DNA of 53,003 nt, taken from assembly GCA_006226565.1 (NCBI GenBank), contig SBGO01000480.1:1-53003 (forward strand), read 5' to 3'. Of the stretch, positions 27,645 to 42,627 are shown piece after piece (the first letter of the stretch is position 1; each line of letters starts with the position of its first letter). Both the position numbers and the translations under genes were made by a program. This DNA is from Deltaproteobacteria bacterium (GTDB lineage: Bacteria > Myxococcota_A > UBA9042 > PHBI01). Under the pieces are notes generated by a model. That model had not been told where the DNA came from and did not search any database. It worked only from the letters and a program-made list of their open reading frames with translations.

Positions 27645-29140
27645 TCGTCGCCGGGCTCGCCCTCAGCGGGCAGCGGCGGCGGCTTGGTGTCTGGCCGCCG
27701 CGCCTCGTCGGCGTAGGTCTGGGGATCCGGGATGGTGCGCGCCGTGTTGATCCGGGAGGTCTGCGCGCGCGGGCGCGGCTCGGCGCCGGGGCGCGGGACC
27801 GCGGTGAGGGTGTCCGCCTTGAACCGCCCGGTGGGCCGGGGGCGGGTCCCGGAGCGCGTCGCCGCCACGGGCTCGGCGTAGAGCACGCTCGGGTCCGTGG
27901 CCTGTCCGGCGATCGCCGCGAGCCGCCGGGTCAGAGAGCTCGCCGCCGCGACCGCGAGCTTGAGCGCGACCGTCGGCGCGGTCATGCGCAGCTCGTCGAA
28001 GGCCGCCGGCGGAAGGATCAGGACCGTCGCGCCGGCGTCCGGGGTCGCGCGCACCATGCACGCGGCGACCGACTCGTGGAGGAGCGCCTCCTCTCCGAAG
28101 TGGCCGCCGGCTTCCACGCAGGCGAGGAAGTGGCCGTTGCGGATGACCTCGAGGGTGCCGTCGAGGACGACGCAGAGCGCGTCCTGCGCGTGTCCCTGGT
28201 CGACGAGCCGCTCGCCCGGCTCGAGCCGCCGCTGCAGCGCCCCGTCGAGGACCCGGCGGAGCTCGAGCCCGCTCATGCCGTCGAAGAAGGCGATCCCCTT
28301 CAGCTCGTCGAGGAGCGCGGCGCGCTCGTGCTCGTCGATGCGCGCCGGCGCGCCCGCGACCTGCACCACCACCGCCGTGATGTTGTCGTCGCCGCCGGCC
28401 GCGTTGGCGCGATCCACCAGCTCGCGGACGCACGTCTCGGGGTCGTCGAGGTCGAGGAGATCGGCGATGACGTCGGACTTCACCGCGCCGTGGAGCCCGT
28501 CCGAGCACAGGAGGAAGCGGTCGCCGGGGTGCAGCTCGAAGGCCTGGGCGTCCACCTCGACGACGGGGTGGACGCCGACCGCGCGGGTGATCGCGCTCTT
28601 GAGCCGCCCGTCGAAGCTCTCGGCCGCCACGTTCATCGAGCGCGCCATCTCGTTGACCAGCGAGTGGTCCTCGGTGAGCTGCGTCGTGCGCGCGCCGCGC
28701 TTGCGGTAGATGCGGGTGTCGCCGACGTGCGCCACGAAGCCCGTGTCACGGACGAGCAACAGCAGCGACAGCGTCGTCCCCATGCCGCGCTGGTCGGCGT
28801 TGTGGTGGCCGCGCTCGTAGATGCGCAGGTTGGCCTCGTGGACGGCGTCCTCGATCAGCGCCATCACGTCGTTCATGTCGTGATGGCCGTCGTCGTAGCC
28901 GTAGCTGTCGATGACCTCGCGGCGCTTCACGAGCGTCTCGCGCACGACGTTCACCGCCGTGGCGCTCGCCACCTCGCCCCCCCGGTGGCCGCCCATCCCG
29001 TCGCAGACGACGTAGAGCTTGAGCCGGCGGTCGACGAGGTAGTTGTCCTCGTTGTGCGAGCGGACTTGCCCCACGTCGGTCCGCGCGCCGAACGTCACGG
29101 TCATGGGGCCCTTCAGGCCCGACGGTTCGGGAGCGCTCAA
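27641..29140 (-). CDS. PP2C (Stp1/IreP-type) Ser/Thr phosphatase with a C-terminal cyclic-nucleotide-binding domain
   Basis: RSHNED, CDGMGG, MGTT, HVGD, LCSDGL, GGDDNIT motifs, then a GHFGE cNMP-like domain. Confidence 0.9.
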   Translation of the reverse strand: MSAPEPSGLKGPMTVTFGARTDVGQVRSHNEDNYLVDRRLKLYVVCDGMGGHRGGEVASATAVNVVRETLVKRREVIDSYGYDDGHHDMNDVMALIEDAVHEANLRIYERGHHNADQRGMGTTLSLLLLVRDTGFVAHVGDTRIYRKRGARTTQLTEDHSLVNEMARSMNVAAESFDGRLKSAITRAVGVHPVVEVDAQAFELHPGDRFLLCSDGLHGAVKSDVIADLLDLDDPETCVRELVDRANAAGGDDNITAVVVQVAGAPARIDEHERAALLDELKGIAFFDGMSGLELRRVLDGALQRRLEPGERLVDQGHAQDALCVVLDGTLEVIRNGHFLACVEAGGHFGEEALLHESVAACMVRATPDAGATVLILPPAAFDELRMTAPTVALKLAVAAASSLTRRLAAIAGQATDPSVLYAEPVAATRSGTRPRPTGRFKADTLTAVPRPGAEPRPRAQTSRINTARTIPDPQTYADEARRPDTKPPPLPAEGEPGDE

Positions 29141-29235
29141 CGCGGCGGCTCGTTCCCTTCCTCTCCGCGGTCACGAGAAGCGCACCGGGCACCCCAGTGC
29201 CCGATGCGCCCCACGGAGATTTCGAGTAGGGTGCG

Positions 29236-29321
29236 TACCGAAGGTCGGGCTCGAACCGACACGGGAGTCACCTCCCACTGGATTTTGAGTCCAGCGCGTC
29301 TACCAATTCCGCCACTCCGGC
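29236..29321 (-). tRNA. tRNA-Leu(CAA)
   Basis: Anticodon arm CTGGA-CTCAAAA-TCCAG, long variable arm, GTTCGAG; CCA not encoded. Confidence 0.95.
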
Positions 29322-29334
29322 AGCTGTGCTCCGC

Positions 29335-29362
29335 AGCATAGCGACGCCCGGGGCGAAGTCAA
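29335..29362 (-). promoter_or_regulatory. Sigma70-type promoter of tRNA-Leu(CAA)
   Basis: TTGACT-16 nt-TATGCT. Confidence 0.6.
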
Positions 29363-29421
29363 CGGAGTCCGGCGGCCGCGCGTGGCGAGCGTGCCCCACA
29401 AAAACGATTCTCGGAGGATTC

Positions 29422-30261
29422 ATGACAGGCGACATCCGGCTCGGCGTTCTCGGCGCGGGCAACATGGGCCAGGCCCTGCTGCGCGGCGTCGTCAGCCGCG
29501 GCGGGCTCGCCGCCGATCGGGTGCTGGTCGCCGACGTGCGTCGCGAGGTGTGCGAGGCGCTGTCGGCGGAGCTCGGCGTCAAGGTGGCCGACAGCAACGA
29601 GGAGCTCGTCGCGAACAGCGACGTCGTCCTGCTCTGCGTCAAGCCGCAGGTGCTCTTCAACGTGCTCGAGCCCCTGGCCGAGTCGCTCGGGCCCGACAAG
29701 CTCCTGATCTCGGTGGCCGCGGGCATCACGCTCGCCGCCCTCGAGCGCGCGCTGCCGGCCGGGACGCCGGTCATCCGCTCGATGCCCAACACCCCGTGCC
29801 TGGTCGGCTTCGGCACCACCGCCTGGACCCGCGGCGTCGCGGCGACCGAGGCGCACGGCGCGCTGGCCCAGGCCATCCTGGGCGCGGTCGGCGGCGCCTA
29901 CGAGCTGCCCGAGCGGGCCCTCGACGCCGTGACCGCCGTCTCCGGCAGCGGCCCCGCCTACGTCTTCCACCTGATGGAGGCGATGATGGAGGGCGGCGTG
30001 AAGGCCGGCTTCGACCCGGCGCTCATCCGCGAGTTCGTGATCGCCACCGTGCGCGGCGCGGCCGAGCTCGCCGCCGCCTCGGACGTCGACCCGGGCGAGC
30101 TGCGGCGGCGCGTGATGTCGCCGGGCGGCACCACCGAGGCCGCCATCCGCCGCCTCGACGACGACGGCTTCCAGTGGGCGGTCATCCACGCCATGGGCGC
30201 CGCGCGCGACCGCAGCGCCGAGATGGCCCGCGCCTTCACCTCGGCGGCCCCGCGCAAGTGA
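29422..30261 (+). CDS. proC: Pyrroline-5-carboxylate reductase
   Basis: GAGNMG, VKPQ, SVAAG, MPNTP, SGSGPAY, SPGGTT; GGAGG RBS. Confidence 0.95.
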   Translation: MTGDIRLGVLGAGNMGQALLRGVVSRGGLAADRVLVADVRREVCEALSAELGVKVADSNEELVANSDVVLLCVKPQVLFNVLEPLAESLGPDKLLISVAAGITLAALERALPAGTPVIRSMPNTPCLVGFGTTAWTRGVAATEAHGALAQAILGAVGGAYELPERALDAVTAVSGSGPAYVFHLMEAMMEGGVKAGFDPALIREFVIATVRGAAELAAASDVDPGELRRRVMSPGGTTEAAIRRLDDDGFQWAVIHAMGAARDRSAEMARAFTSAAPRK

Positions 30262-30959
30262 GCGTGCTCGCGCGCATCGCGGCCGTCCGGGCCTCCGGGC
30301 GGCTGCCGCTCGCCATCCTCGACATCGACCTGACGCTGGTCGACAACGCGCCGCGCACGCGCGCCATCCTCGGCGACTGGCTCCTGACCCTGCGCGGTCG
30401 GTGGCCCGGCGCCGAGGCGGCGATCGCCCACGCCCAGACGATGCCGATCGTCTTCAGCGCCGCCGCCAACGTCCGCGCCCTCGGCGTCGACGACGAGGCG
30501 CTCCTGCGCGAGGGCCTCGCCTTCTGGTGGGAGCGCTTCTTCACCGCGCGCTACGCCGTCCTCGACGTCCCCTGCCCGGGGGCGGTGGAGGCGGCCCGCG
30601 CGCTGGCCGCCGCCGGCGCGACCCTGGTCTACCTGACCGCGCGCCCGTCGACCCTGGCGGACGCGACCGCCAACCGCTTCCGAGAGCTCGGCCTCCCCGT
30701 GGCCGAGGTCGGGACGGTGCTGGTGATGAAGGATGACCCGAAGGAGGCCGACGGCGCCTTCAAGGCCCGCGCGCTGTCGTGGATCGGCGCCCTCGGCGAG
30801 GTCGTCCTGTGCGCGGACAACGAGCCCGGCCACGTCAACGCCATGCACGCCGCCTTCCCCGGCGCGCTGGCCGTGCAGGTCGCCACGCGCCACAGCCCGG
30901 CGGCGCCACCGCTGGCCGCCGGCGCCCGCGTCGTCGCCCATCTCGGCGAGGTCCTGTAG
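30258..30959 (+). CDS. HAD-superfamily hydrolase
   Basis: LDIDLT motif I, YLTAR motif II, FK and DNEP; GTGA coupling to proC. Confidence 0.8.
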   Translation: MSVLARIAAVRASGRLPLAILDIDLTLVDNAPRTRAILGDWLLTLRGRWPGAEAAIAHAQTMPIVFSAAANVRALGVDDEALLREGLAFWWERFFTARYAVLDVPCPGAVEAARALAAAGATLVYLTARPSTLADATANRFRELGLPVAEVGTVLVMKDDPKEADGAFKARALSWIGALGEVVLCADNEPGHVNAMHAAFPGALAVQVATRHSPAAPPLAAGARVVAHLGEVL

Positions 30960-31037
30960 CCCGGGCCGGGGCGCTCATATCCTTTGCAGTCGGCGCGGCC
31001 TTCGCGGTACAGGTTCCGTCCTCGAAGGAGGCGAACA

Positions 31038-31661
<624 letters not shown>

Positions 31662-31717
31662 GCGCCCCACCTCCCGCGCCGACCCCGTCGGCGAGCTCCC
31701 AGCCCGGAGGCCCCCGC

Positions 31718-35398
<3,681 letters not shown>

Positions 35399-35478
35399 CG
35401 CGGACCGGCCGGTGAGTGGCGAGGTCGCGGCTCATCGGGCATGCTCCAAGGCACACGCTAGCGCGAGGGGCATCGACG

Positions 35479-38079
35479 ATGGGACCGACACCCGAGGTCC
35501 CCGGCCAGGACGGGGCGCGCCGGCGCGCCCCGAAGGCGCTCGACGCGCTGATCGCCCGGCGCGGCGCCGAGGCCGGGGACTCCTTCATCGGCCCGCTGCG
35601 CCAGACCGTCGCGCGCGAGCTGACGACGACGTCGCTCCCGATCCTGCTGGTCCTCAGCCTCCTGTCCGTGGTGACCACCGGGCTCGCGGCCCCGGACGAG
35701 CCGGTCCGGATGATTCCACCGGCGCTCGGCGCGGTGGCGGTGCTGATCGGCTTCGCCCTCCGCCGCGTGCGACCGCTCTCGGTCGCGGTCGCGCTGGTCG
35801 CCGCGGTCATCCTGGCGGTGGCGTTCGGGATGGCGTTCAACGGAGGCGTTCGCGCCCCCGTGTACGTCGGGATGTTCGCCGCCGTCGTCGGCGCGGCGAA
35901 CGTCTTCGGCCACCGCACGGCGATCCTCGTCGGCGTCCTCTTCGCCGCGGTGGGCGGCGTCGCGCTGATCGCCGAGGAGCAGGGCCTGCTCACGGTCCAG
36001 ACGCCCAGCCCACGCATGGTCTACGTCGCCTACATGGCGTGGCTGGCGGTGCTGGTGGCCTTCGCGGCGGTCCCGGTGCGGGTCGTCCTGGCCGCCTACC
36101 ATGACAGCGAGACGGCGCGCCGCGTCGCCGCCGAGGGCCGCGCCCGCGAGGACGAGCAGCGGCGCCTGCTGCTGACCCTCTTCGACAACGCGCGCGGCGC
36201 CGTGGCCCTGGTCGGGGGGGACGGGAACATCCGGGTCGCGAACCGCGCCATGACCGAGGCGCTCGGGATGCCCCAGCGCGAGCTGGTCGGCGTCCGGCTC
36301 GACGCGCTCCCCGGCGTCCCGGCGGACGAGCGGGAGGCGCTCCGCGGCGGCATGGCGCGCGCCCGCGAGGGCGGGTCGTCGAACCACCACGTCCACTGGT
36401 CCCGCGGTGACGACGCGCGGCACCTCGACATCGGGCTCCGGCCGGCCGCGAGCGACCCGACCGTCGGCGTGATCGTGGTCGAGGTGCGCGACACCACCGA
36501 GTACGAGCGGGTCCGCGCCGCGCTGACCGTCGAGCAGCAGCGCTACGAGGCGGTCTTCCACCACGCCAGCGACGCCATCTTCCTGATGACCGGCGAGCGC
36601 TTCATCGCCTGCAACCCGCGGACGTGCGAGCTCTTCGCGTGCGAGCTCGAGGACATCGTCGGCGCCACGCCGATGGACTTCTCACCGGAGCTGCAGCCCG
36701 ACGGCCGCCGCTCCGAGGAGGCGGCGATGGCCTACATCTCGGCCGCCTTCGAGGGCGCGCCGCAGCGCTTCGACTGGCGTCATCGGCGCAAGGACGGCCA
36801 GGAGGTGGACTGCGAGGTCACCCTCAACGCCGTCGAGATCGGCGGGATCCGAAACGTCGTGGCCCTCGTGCGCGACGTCGGCGAGCGGCGTCAGCTCGAG
36901 GCGCGGCTCCGCCACGCCGAGCGCCTCGACTCGATCGGGCAGCTCGCCGGCGGGGTCGCCCACGACTTCAACAACCTCCTCGCCGCCATCATGGGCGCGA
37001 CCGACGTGCTGCGCACCGAGATGGCGCCCGACGCGGAGGCCGACCCGTGGCTGTCGATGATCGAGGAGGCCTCGCGCCGCGCCGCGGACCTGACCCAGCA
37101 GCTCCTCAGCTTCGCGCGCCGGGGCATCGACGACCTCGGCCCCATCTCGGTGCACAAGACCATCGAGAGCGCCCGCACGCTCCTCGCGCGCACCATCGAC
37201 AAGCGCGTCAACATCGTGCTCGCGCTGAACGCGCGCGCGGACCGCGTGCTCGGGAGCAGCACCGCGCTCCAGAGCGCCGTCCTGAACCTCGGCGTCAACG
37301 CCTCCCACGCCATGCCCGACGGCGGCGTCTTCGAGATCACGAGCCGCGACTGCTCGCTCGACGACGAGGTGCGCGAGCCGTGGCTCGCCGGCCTGGCGCC
37401 CGGGCGGTACATCCAGCTGACGGTGACCGACACCGGCTTCGGGATCCCGACGTCGGTCATCGACCGCATCTTCGATCCGTTCTTCACCACCAAGGACCAG
37501 GGGAAGGGCACGGGCCTCGGGCTGGCGGCGGTCTACGGCACCGTGCGGCAGCTCGGCGGGGCCATCACCGTGTCCAGCGAGGTCGGCCGCGGCACGCGCT
37601 TCGACATCGCGCTGCCCGTCCTCGGCGCCAGCGTCGAGCTCCCGGCCGTGCCCGCGGCCGCGTTGCCGGTGCGAGGCAGCGGTCGCATCCTGGTCGTCGA
37701 CGACGAGGCGGCCGTGCGGCGGTCCGCCCGGGGGCTCCTCGAGTCCTGCGGCTACCGCGTGCTCGAGGCGGGCGACGGCGCCGAGGGGCTGCGGCTCTTC
37801 GCCCACGAGCGTCCGGACCTGGTGCTCCTCGACCTGACGATGCCGGTGATGAGCGGGCGGGACTGCTTCGAGCGCGTGCGGGACCTCGATCCGCGGGCGC
37901 GCATCGTGGTCATGACGGGCTACGGCGCGTCCGAGGACGTGGACGCGATGCGGCGCGCCGGGCTCACGGGGATGATCCGCAAGCCCTTCGACCTGGGGCA
38001 GCTCAGCCGCGTCGTCGACCGCGCGCTGAACGGCGGGGTCGGGCTGGCGGAGGGCGGCTCGGGCGAGCCGACGGCCTGA
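35479..38079 (+). CDS. Membrane hybrid sensor histidine kinase (PAS-PAS-HisKA-HATPase-REC)
   Basis: TM helices, AHDFNN H-box, [14 protein letters not shown], receiver with LLDLTMP and KP. Confidence 0.92.
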   Translation: MGPTPEVPGQDGARRRAPKALDALIARRGAEAGDSFIGPLRQTVARELTTTSLPILLVLSLLSVVTTGLAAPDEPVRMIPPALGAVAVLIGFALRRVRPLSVAVALVAAVILAVAFGMAFNGGVRAPVYVGMFAAVVGAANVFGHRTAILVGVLFAAVGGVALIAEEQGLLTVQTPSPRMVYVAYMAWLAVLVAFAAVPVRVVLAAYHDSETARRVAAEGRAREDEQRRLLLTLFDNARGAVALVGGDGNIRVANRAMTEALGMPQRELVGVRLDALPGVPADEREALRGGMARAREGGSSNHHVHWSRGDDARHLDIGLRPAASDPTVGVIVVEVRDTTEYERVRAALTVEQQRYEAVFHHASDAIFLMTGERFIACNPRTCELFACELEDIVGATPMDFSPELQPDGRRSEEAAMAYISAAFEGAPQRFDWRHRRKDGQEVDCEVTLNAVEIGGIRNVVALVRDVGERRQLEARLRHAERLDSIGQLAGGVAHDFNNLLAAIMGATDVLRTEMAPDAEADPWLSMIEEASRRAADLTQQLLSFARRGIDDLGPISVHKTIESARTLLARTIDKRVNIVLALNARADRVLGSSTALQSAVLNLGVNASHAMPDGGVFEITSRDCSLDDEVREPWLAGLAPGRYIQLTVTDTGFGIPTSVIDRIFDPFFTTKDQGKGTGLGLAAVYGTVRQLGGAITVSSEVGRGTRFDIALPVLGASVELPAVPAAALPVRGSGRILVVDDEAAVRRSARGLLESCGYRVLEAGDGAEGLRLFAHERPDLVLLDLTMPVMSGRDCFERVRDLDPRARIVVMTGYGASEDVDAMRRAGLTGMIRKPFDLGQLSRVVDRALNGGVGLAEGGSGEPTA

Positions 38080-38167
38080 GCCGTCGTCGGGGGACGTCGC
38101 GGCGCGTGGCCGCGTGCGTGGCATGCGGCGCGTCCCCGGTGGGGGAGCGCGCCGCCGCTCACGAGGA

Positions 38168-38503
38168 TCAGGCCTTCTTCTCGGCCCAGAGCTGGCAGTA
38201 GCCCTTCGGGCTGACGATGCCCTTGATCACGGTGCAGTTGCCGCAGGCGTTGGGATCGGCGCCGGGCTTGAAGAGCTGGCAGTTGGCGCAGTGCTTGCCC
38301 TCGGTGGTCGAGACCGCGACGTACTTGTTCATCGTGCGCGTCTTCTCGTCGGCCAGCGAGAGGCCCGAGGGCTCGCAGCTCGGCCCGTCCTCGGAGCCCT
38401 TGCCGCCGCAAGCGCCGAGAATCGCGCCGGCGGCCGCGGTGACGCCGACGGCGGTGGCGGTGGTGGTGAAGAATGCGCGACGCGAAATGCCTTGCTTGCT
38501 CAT
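38168..38503 (-). CDS. High-potential iron-sulfur protein (HiPIP), Tat-exported, probable lipoprotein
   Basis: SRRAFF Tat motif, LGAC lipobox, CANC...C...GYCQLW HiPIP signature; GAGGAG RBS. Confidence 0.85.
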   Translation of the reverse strand: MSKQGISRRAFFTTTATAVGVTAAAGAILGACGGKGSEDGPSCEPSGLSLADEKTRTMNKYVAVSTTEGKHCANCQLFKPGADPNACGNCTVIKGIVSPKGYCQLWAEKKA

Positions 38504-38793
38504 GGTCTCTCCTCGGTGAAGCCCACCGGCCTGCCGCGCACAGCGGGAGTCTCTGGGGGAGCGTGCGCGGCGAGCGGCGGAGGGGCAGAGGGCCCCCGGG
38601 GGGGCAGAGCGTCTACATGACACGAACCGCCCGGTCTCAAAACCCGGTAGGCGGTGCGTCCCATCGTCGCAGGGGCGCCCGGGGGCCTCGCAAGCCCGCT
38701 TGCGGCGCGCGGGCCGGTTTTGGGGAGCGCTGCTGGTGACGGGATCTTCGGGCGGTAGGAGATCGCGACGCCGCGCGCGGGCGGGAGCGCCGG

Positions 38794-39900
38794 TTAGTCG
38801 TTCGGCCGCGGGCGAAAGACGATTCGGTCGTCGACGAGATCGACCCGCGTCTCGAACGGGCGCGAGTAGTCGGCGAGGGCGTCGCGCAGCGCCGCGGCCT
38901 CGCTCGGGGTCGCCGGGGTCGGCGCGAAGCTCGGCACGCGGATGTGCGCGGGCAGGAGCGCGATCTCCTCGAGGCGGGGCGGGGAGTCGCCGCTCAGCCG
39001 CACGGCCAGGACGCCGGTCTGCCGCTTGAGCGGGGTGCGGTTGGTGAAGACGAAGTTCCCGAGGCTGTAGGCGATGGCCGCGTCGCCGCGCCACTCGACG
39101 CCCTGGAGGACGTGGGGGTGGTGGCCGACGACGAGCCCCGCGCCGGCGTCGACGAGGCGATGGGCCGCGGCGACCACGCTCCGCGGCGCCGTCGTCACGC
39201 CCTCGCGCCCCATGTGCACGGTGACGGCCACGAAGCAGCCGCGCTCGCGCAGCGCCCGGATCCGCCCCGCGAGGCGGTCGAGGCCGGCGTCGCCGCGGTA
39301 GTACGCGACGGCCGCGCCGTCCTTGGGCGCGCGGTTCGACTTCAGCGTCGCCGGGAGCACGGCGACGCAGCGCCCCTCGCGCTCGAGCAGGTACGGCGCC
39401 TCCGCCTCCTCGGGGGTGGCGCCGGCGCCCATCGTCCGCACGCCGGTCGCGCGCAGGTTCGCGAGGTTCTCGACGACGCCCTCCGCGCCGCCGTCCCAGG
39501 CGTGGTTGTTGGCGAGCCCGACCAGGTCGACGTGGGCGGCCTCGAAGACGCCCGCCCAGAGCGGCGCTGCGCCGATGTCGAGGCGCGACTCGCCGTAGGC
39601 CGGCGGCCGCTCGGAGGTCATCAGCCCCTCGGCGTTGGCGACCGCGAGGTCCGCCGCCTCGAAGATCCCGGCGAAGGCGCGCAGCGGGTTGGCGTCGCCG
39701 GCGGCCTGAGCGGCCGACGCCGGCACCCGGCGCCCCGCGAAGGAGAGGTCGCCGGTGAAGACGAGACTGAAGCCGCCTGCGTCCCCGCTGGCCTCCGCGT
39801 GCGCCGGGCCGGCCAGCGCCACGACGCTCGCCCCCACCGCGACCCAGCCCGCGAGGCGGCGGAGGGGCGACGGGACGGGGGAGGGCGGGGTGGGCTTCAA
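38794..39900 (-). CDS. CapA/PGA_cap family metallophosphatase-like protein
   Basis: FTGD, ANAE, LANNH, VHMG, GHHPHV, YSLGNF motifs; start uncertain. Confidence 0.85.
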   Translation of the reverse strand: MKPTPPSPVPSPLRRLAGWVAVGASVVALAGPAHAEASGDAGGFSLVFTGDLSFAGRRVPASAAQAAGDANPLRAFAGIFEAADLAVANAEGLMTSERPPAYGESRLDIGAAPLWAGVFEAAHVDLVGLANNHAWDGGAEGVVENLANLRATGVRTMGAGATPEEAEAPYLLEREGRCVAVLPATLKSNRAPKDGAAVAYYRGDAGLDRLAGRIRALRERGCFVAVTVHMGREGVTTAPRSVVAAAHRLVDAGAGLVVGHHPHVLQGVEWRGDAAIAYSLGNFVFTNRTPLKRQTGVLAVRLSGDSPPRLEEIALLPAHIRVPSFAPTPATPSEAAALRDALADYSRPFETRVDLVDDRIVFRPRPND

Positions 39901-42617
39901 CCGGTGGCTCTCAGACCGTGCGCGATGCCGTTGAGGGTGATGAGGAGCGCGTGCTCGAGGGTCTCGTCCTCGTGGCCGGTCGCGCGCCAGCGCCGGAGGA
40001 GATCGACCTGGAGCAGGCTCATCGGATCCACATAAGGGTTCCGCAGGCGGATGGAATTCCGCGTCGGGGCGTCCTGCGCCAGCAGCTCCTCCTCGCCGAG
40101 GAGCTTCAGCACCTGCGCCCGGGTCCGGTCGTACTCCGCGATGATGCGCGGGAAGAAGCGCTCGCCGAGCGCGCCGGCGAGCTCGGCGTAGCGCGCCGCG
40201 ATCCCCATGTCCGCCTTGGCCATGACCAGCTCGACGTCCTCGAGGAGCGTCCGGAAGAACGGCCAGTCGCGCGCCATCTCCTTGAGCGCCTCCTCGCCGT
40301 GCGCCCGCGCGAGCGCCTCGAGGCCGCTCCCGAGCCCGTACCACCCGGGGAGGATGTGTCGGCTCTGGGTCCACGCGAACACCCACGGGATGGCGCGCAG
40401 GTTCTCGACGCCGCCGCCCTTGCGCCGCGACGCCGGGCGCGAGCCGATGCGGAGCCGCTCGATGACGTCGATGGGGGTCGCCCGGCGGAAGTACTCGACG
40501 AAGTCCGGGTCGCCGTAGACCAGGTCGCGGTAGGTCGCGCGGGTCGTTCCGGCGAGCTCGTGGACCCGCGCGCTCCAGGCCGGGAGCCGCGGGTCGTCGG
40601 GGCCCTCGGCGGCGACCGTGCGGGACAGCACCGCGGAGACGGTCAGCTCGAGGTTCCGCATCGCGGTCCCGCGCAGGCCGTACTTCGAGTTGATGACCTC
40701 GCCCTGCTCGGTCACGCGGAGGTGGCCGTTCACGGCGCCGCGCGGCTCGGCCAGGATGGCCCGGTGGGTCTTGCCGCCGCCGCGGCTGACCGTCCCGCCC
40801 TTGCCGTGGAAGAACGTCAGGTCGACCCCGGCCGGGCGCATGAGCGCGACGAGCTCGGACTGCGCGCGGTGGATCGCCCAGCGCGACGCGACCAGGCCCC
40901 CCTCCTTGTTGGAGTCGGAGTAGCCGATCATCACGACCTGGCGGTCGCCGCGCCGGGTGAGGTGCGCGCGGTAGAGCGGCGAGGACAGGAGCTCCGACAT
41001 CGTCGCGCGCGCGCCCTCGAGGTCCGGGACCGTCTCGAAGAGGGGGGCGACGTCGAGGGCGACGTTGCCGTCGCGGTCGGCCATGCCGCCCCAGCGGGCG
41101 AGCAGCAGCACCGCCAGGACGTCCTCGGTCGACTGCGCCATGCTGATGATGTACGGGCCGATCGCGCGCTCGCCGTAGCGCTCGCGGGAGCGGCGGATGG
41201 CGCGGAAGACGTCGAGGGTCTTCTGCGCCTCGGCGGTCGGGGCGACGGCAGGGACCTCGCCGGATCGCAGCGCGTCCTCGAGGCGCGCGCCGCGCTCGGC
41301 GGCGGACTTCGCGAGCCAGCGCGCCGGGTCCTCGCCGAGCAGCTGGCCCACGACGGTGCGGTGGACCAGCGCGTCCTGGCGGACGTCCAGGGTCGCGAGG
41401 TGGAACCCGAAGGTGTCGGCGCGGCGCATCAGCCGGAGGAGCCGGAAGCTGCCGGCGTAGTGGCCGCGGTTGTCCTCGAGGCTCTGGTGGACCAGGCGGA
41501 GGTCGTCGATGAAGCCGCGGACGCTGGTGTAGCCGCGGTCCTCGCCCCGCCGGGTGGCGCGGAGGCGCGCCGCGACGAGCCGCAGCAGCACCCGATAGGG
41601 CATGTCGTGGTAGCGCCGCGGGATGTCCGCCATCTCCTCGGGGAAGGACTCGGCGTAGAGCGCGCCGCGGCGGATGACGGCGCCGTCGACGCCGACCCGC
41701 ATGGTGGAATGGCTGAACTCGCTGGCGAGCGCCTCGACCTCGGGGACGTAGCGCCGGACGATGAGGTCGCGGTGGCGCTCGAGGGTCGCCTCGATGGTGG
41801 TCGCGCCGACGTTGGGGTTGCCGTCCATGTCGCCGCCGACCCAGGAGGCGAAGGACAGGACCGGTCGGAGGGCGTCGAAGCGCGGGTCGCGCCGGCCGTA
41901 GGCGGCCTCGGCCGCGTCCTCGAGGGCCTCGTAGAAGGCCGGCACGATGCGGTAGAAGATGTCGGTCAGGTAGAAGAGGACGTGCTCGACCTCGTCCTTG
42001 ACCTGCGGCCGCGCGCTGAGCAGCTCCTGGGTCTGCCACGCGGTCGTGACCTCGCCCCGGATGCGCCCGAGGGCCGCGCGGTCCTCGGCGGGCGTGCGGG
42101 ACGGGTCGAGGCGGTCGACCAGGGCGCGCGCGATGCGCTGGTGCTTCTGCAGCACCGTCCGGCGGCTCGCCTCGGTCGGGTGGGCGGTGAAGACCGGCTC
42201 CACGTGGGTGCGGCCGAGCAGCGCCAGCAGCCCGTCGAGGTCGTGGCCGCTGGCGGCGAGCCCGGCGAAGGTCTCGTCGAGGCCGCCGGTGGCCTCGCCC
42301 GCCGCGAGGCGCATGCGGCGGCGGCGGATGCGGTGGACGCGCTCGGCCAGGTTGACGAGCTGGAAGTAGGCGGAGAAGGCCCGCGTCAGGAGCTCGGCCT
42401 GGCGCGGGTCGAGCCCGCTGAGGAGGGCGTTGAAGCTCGCCTCGGCCGCGGCGTCGCCCTTACGGCGCGCGATGGACGTCTGGCGGACGCGCTCGACGAG
42501 CTCGTAGAAGGGGCGGCCCTCCTGCTCGATGAGGATCTCGCCGAGGAGGGCGCCGAGCAGGCGCACGTCCTCGCGCAGCGGGAGGTCTTCGTCGGCGGAG
42601 AGGAGGGCGGCGGGCAT
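39897..42617 (-). CDS. ppc: Phosphoenolpyruvate carboxylase
   Basis: VFTAHPT, GYSDSNK, FHGKGG, LRAIPWVF, RNPY, LRATG end. Confidence 0.97.
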   Translation of the reverse strand: MPAALLSADEDLPLREDVRLLGALLGEILIEQEGRPFYELVERVRQTSIARRKGDAAAEASFNALLSGLDPRQAELLTRAFSAYFQLVNLAERVHRIRRRRMRLAAGEATGGLDETFAGLAASGHDLDGLLALLGRTHVEPVFTAHPTEASRRTVLQKHQRIARALVDRLDPSRTPAEDRAALGRIRGEVTTAWQTQELLSARPQVKDEVEHVLFYLTDIFYRIVPAFYEALEDAAEAAYGRRDPRFDALRPVLSFASWVGGDMDGNPNVGATTIEATLERHRDLIVRRYVPEVEALASEFSHSTMRVGVDGAVIRRGALYAESFPEEMADIPRRYHDMPYRVLLRLVAARLRATRRGEDRGYTSVRGFIDDLRLVHQSLEDNRGHYAGSFRLLRLMRRADTFGFHLATLDVRQDALVHRTVVGQLLGEDPARWLAKSAAERGARLEDALRSGEVPAVAPTAEAQKTLDVFRAIRRSRERYGERAIGPYIISMAQSTEDVLAVLLLARWGGMADRDGNVALDVAPLFETVPDLEGARATMSELLSSPLYRAHLTRRGDRQVVMIGYSDSNKEGGLVASRWAIHRAQSELVALMRPAGVDLTFFHGKGGTVSRGGGKTHRAILAEPRGAVNGHLRVTEQGEVINSKYGLRGTAMRNLELTVSAVLSRTVAAEGPDDPRLPAWSARVHELAGTTRATYRDLVYGDPDFVEYFRRATPIDVIERLRIGSRPASRRKGGGVENLRAIPWVFAWTQSRHILPGWYGLGSGLEALARAHGEEALKEMARDWPFFRTLLEDVELVMAKADMGIAARYAELAGALGERFFPRIIAEYDRTRAQVLKLLGEEELLAQDAPTRNSIRLRNPYVDPMSLLQVDLLRRWRATGHEDETLEHALLITLNGIAHGLRATG

Positions 42618-42627
42618 GCGGGCTCCG

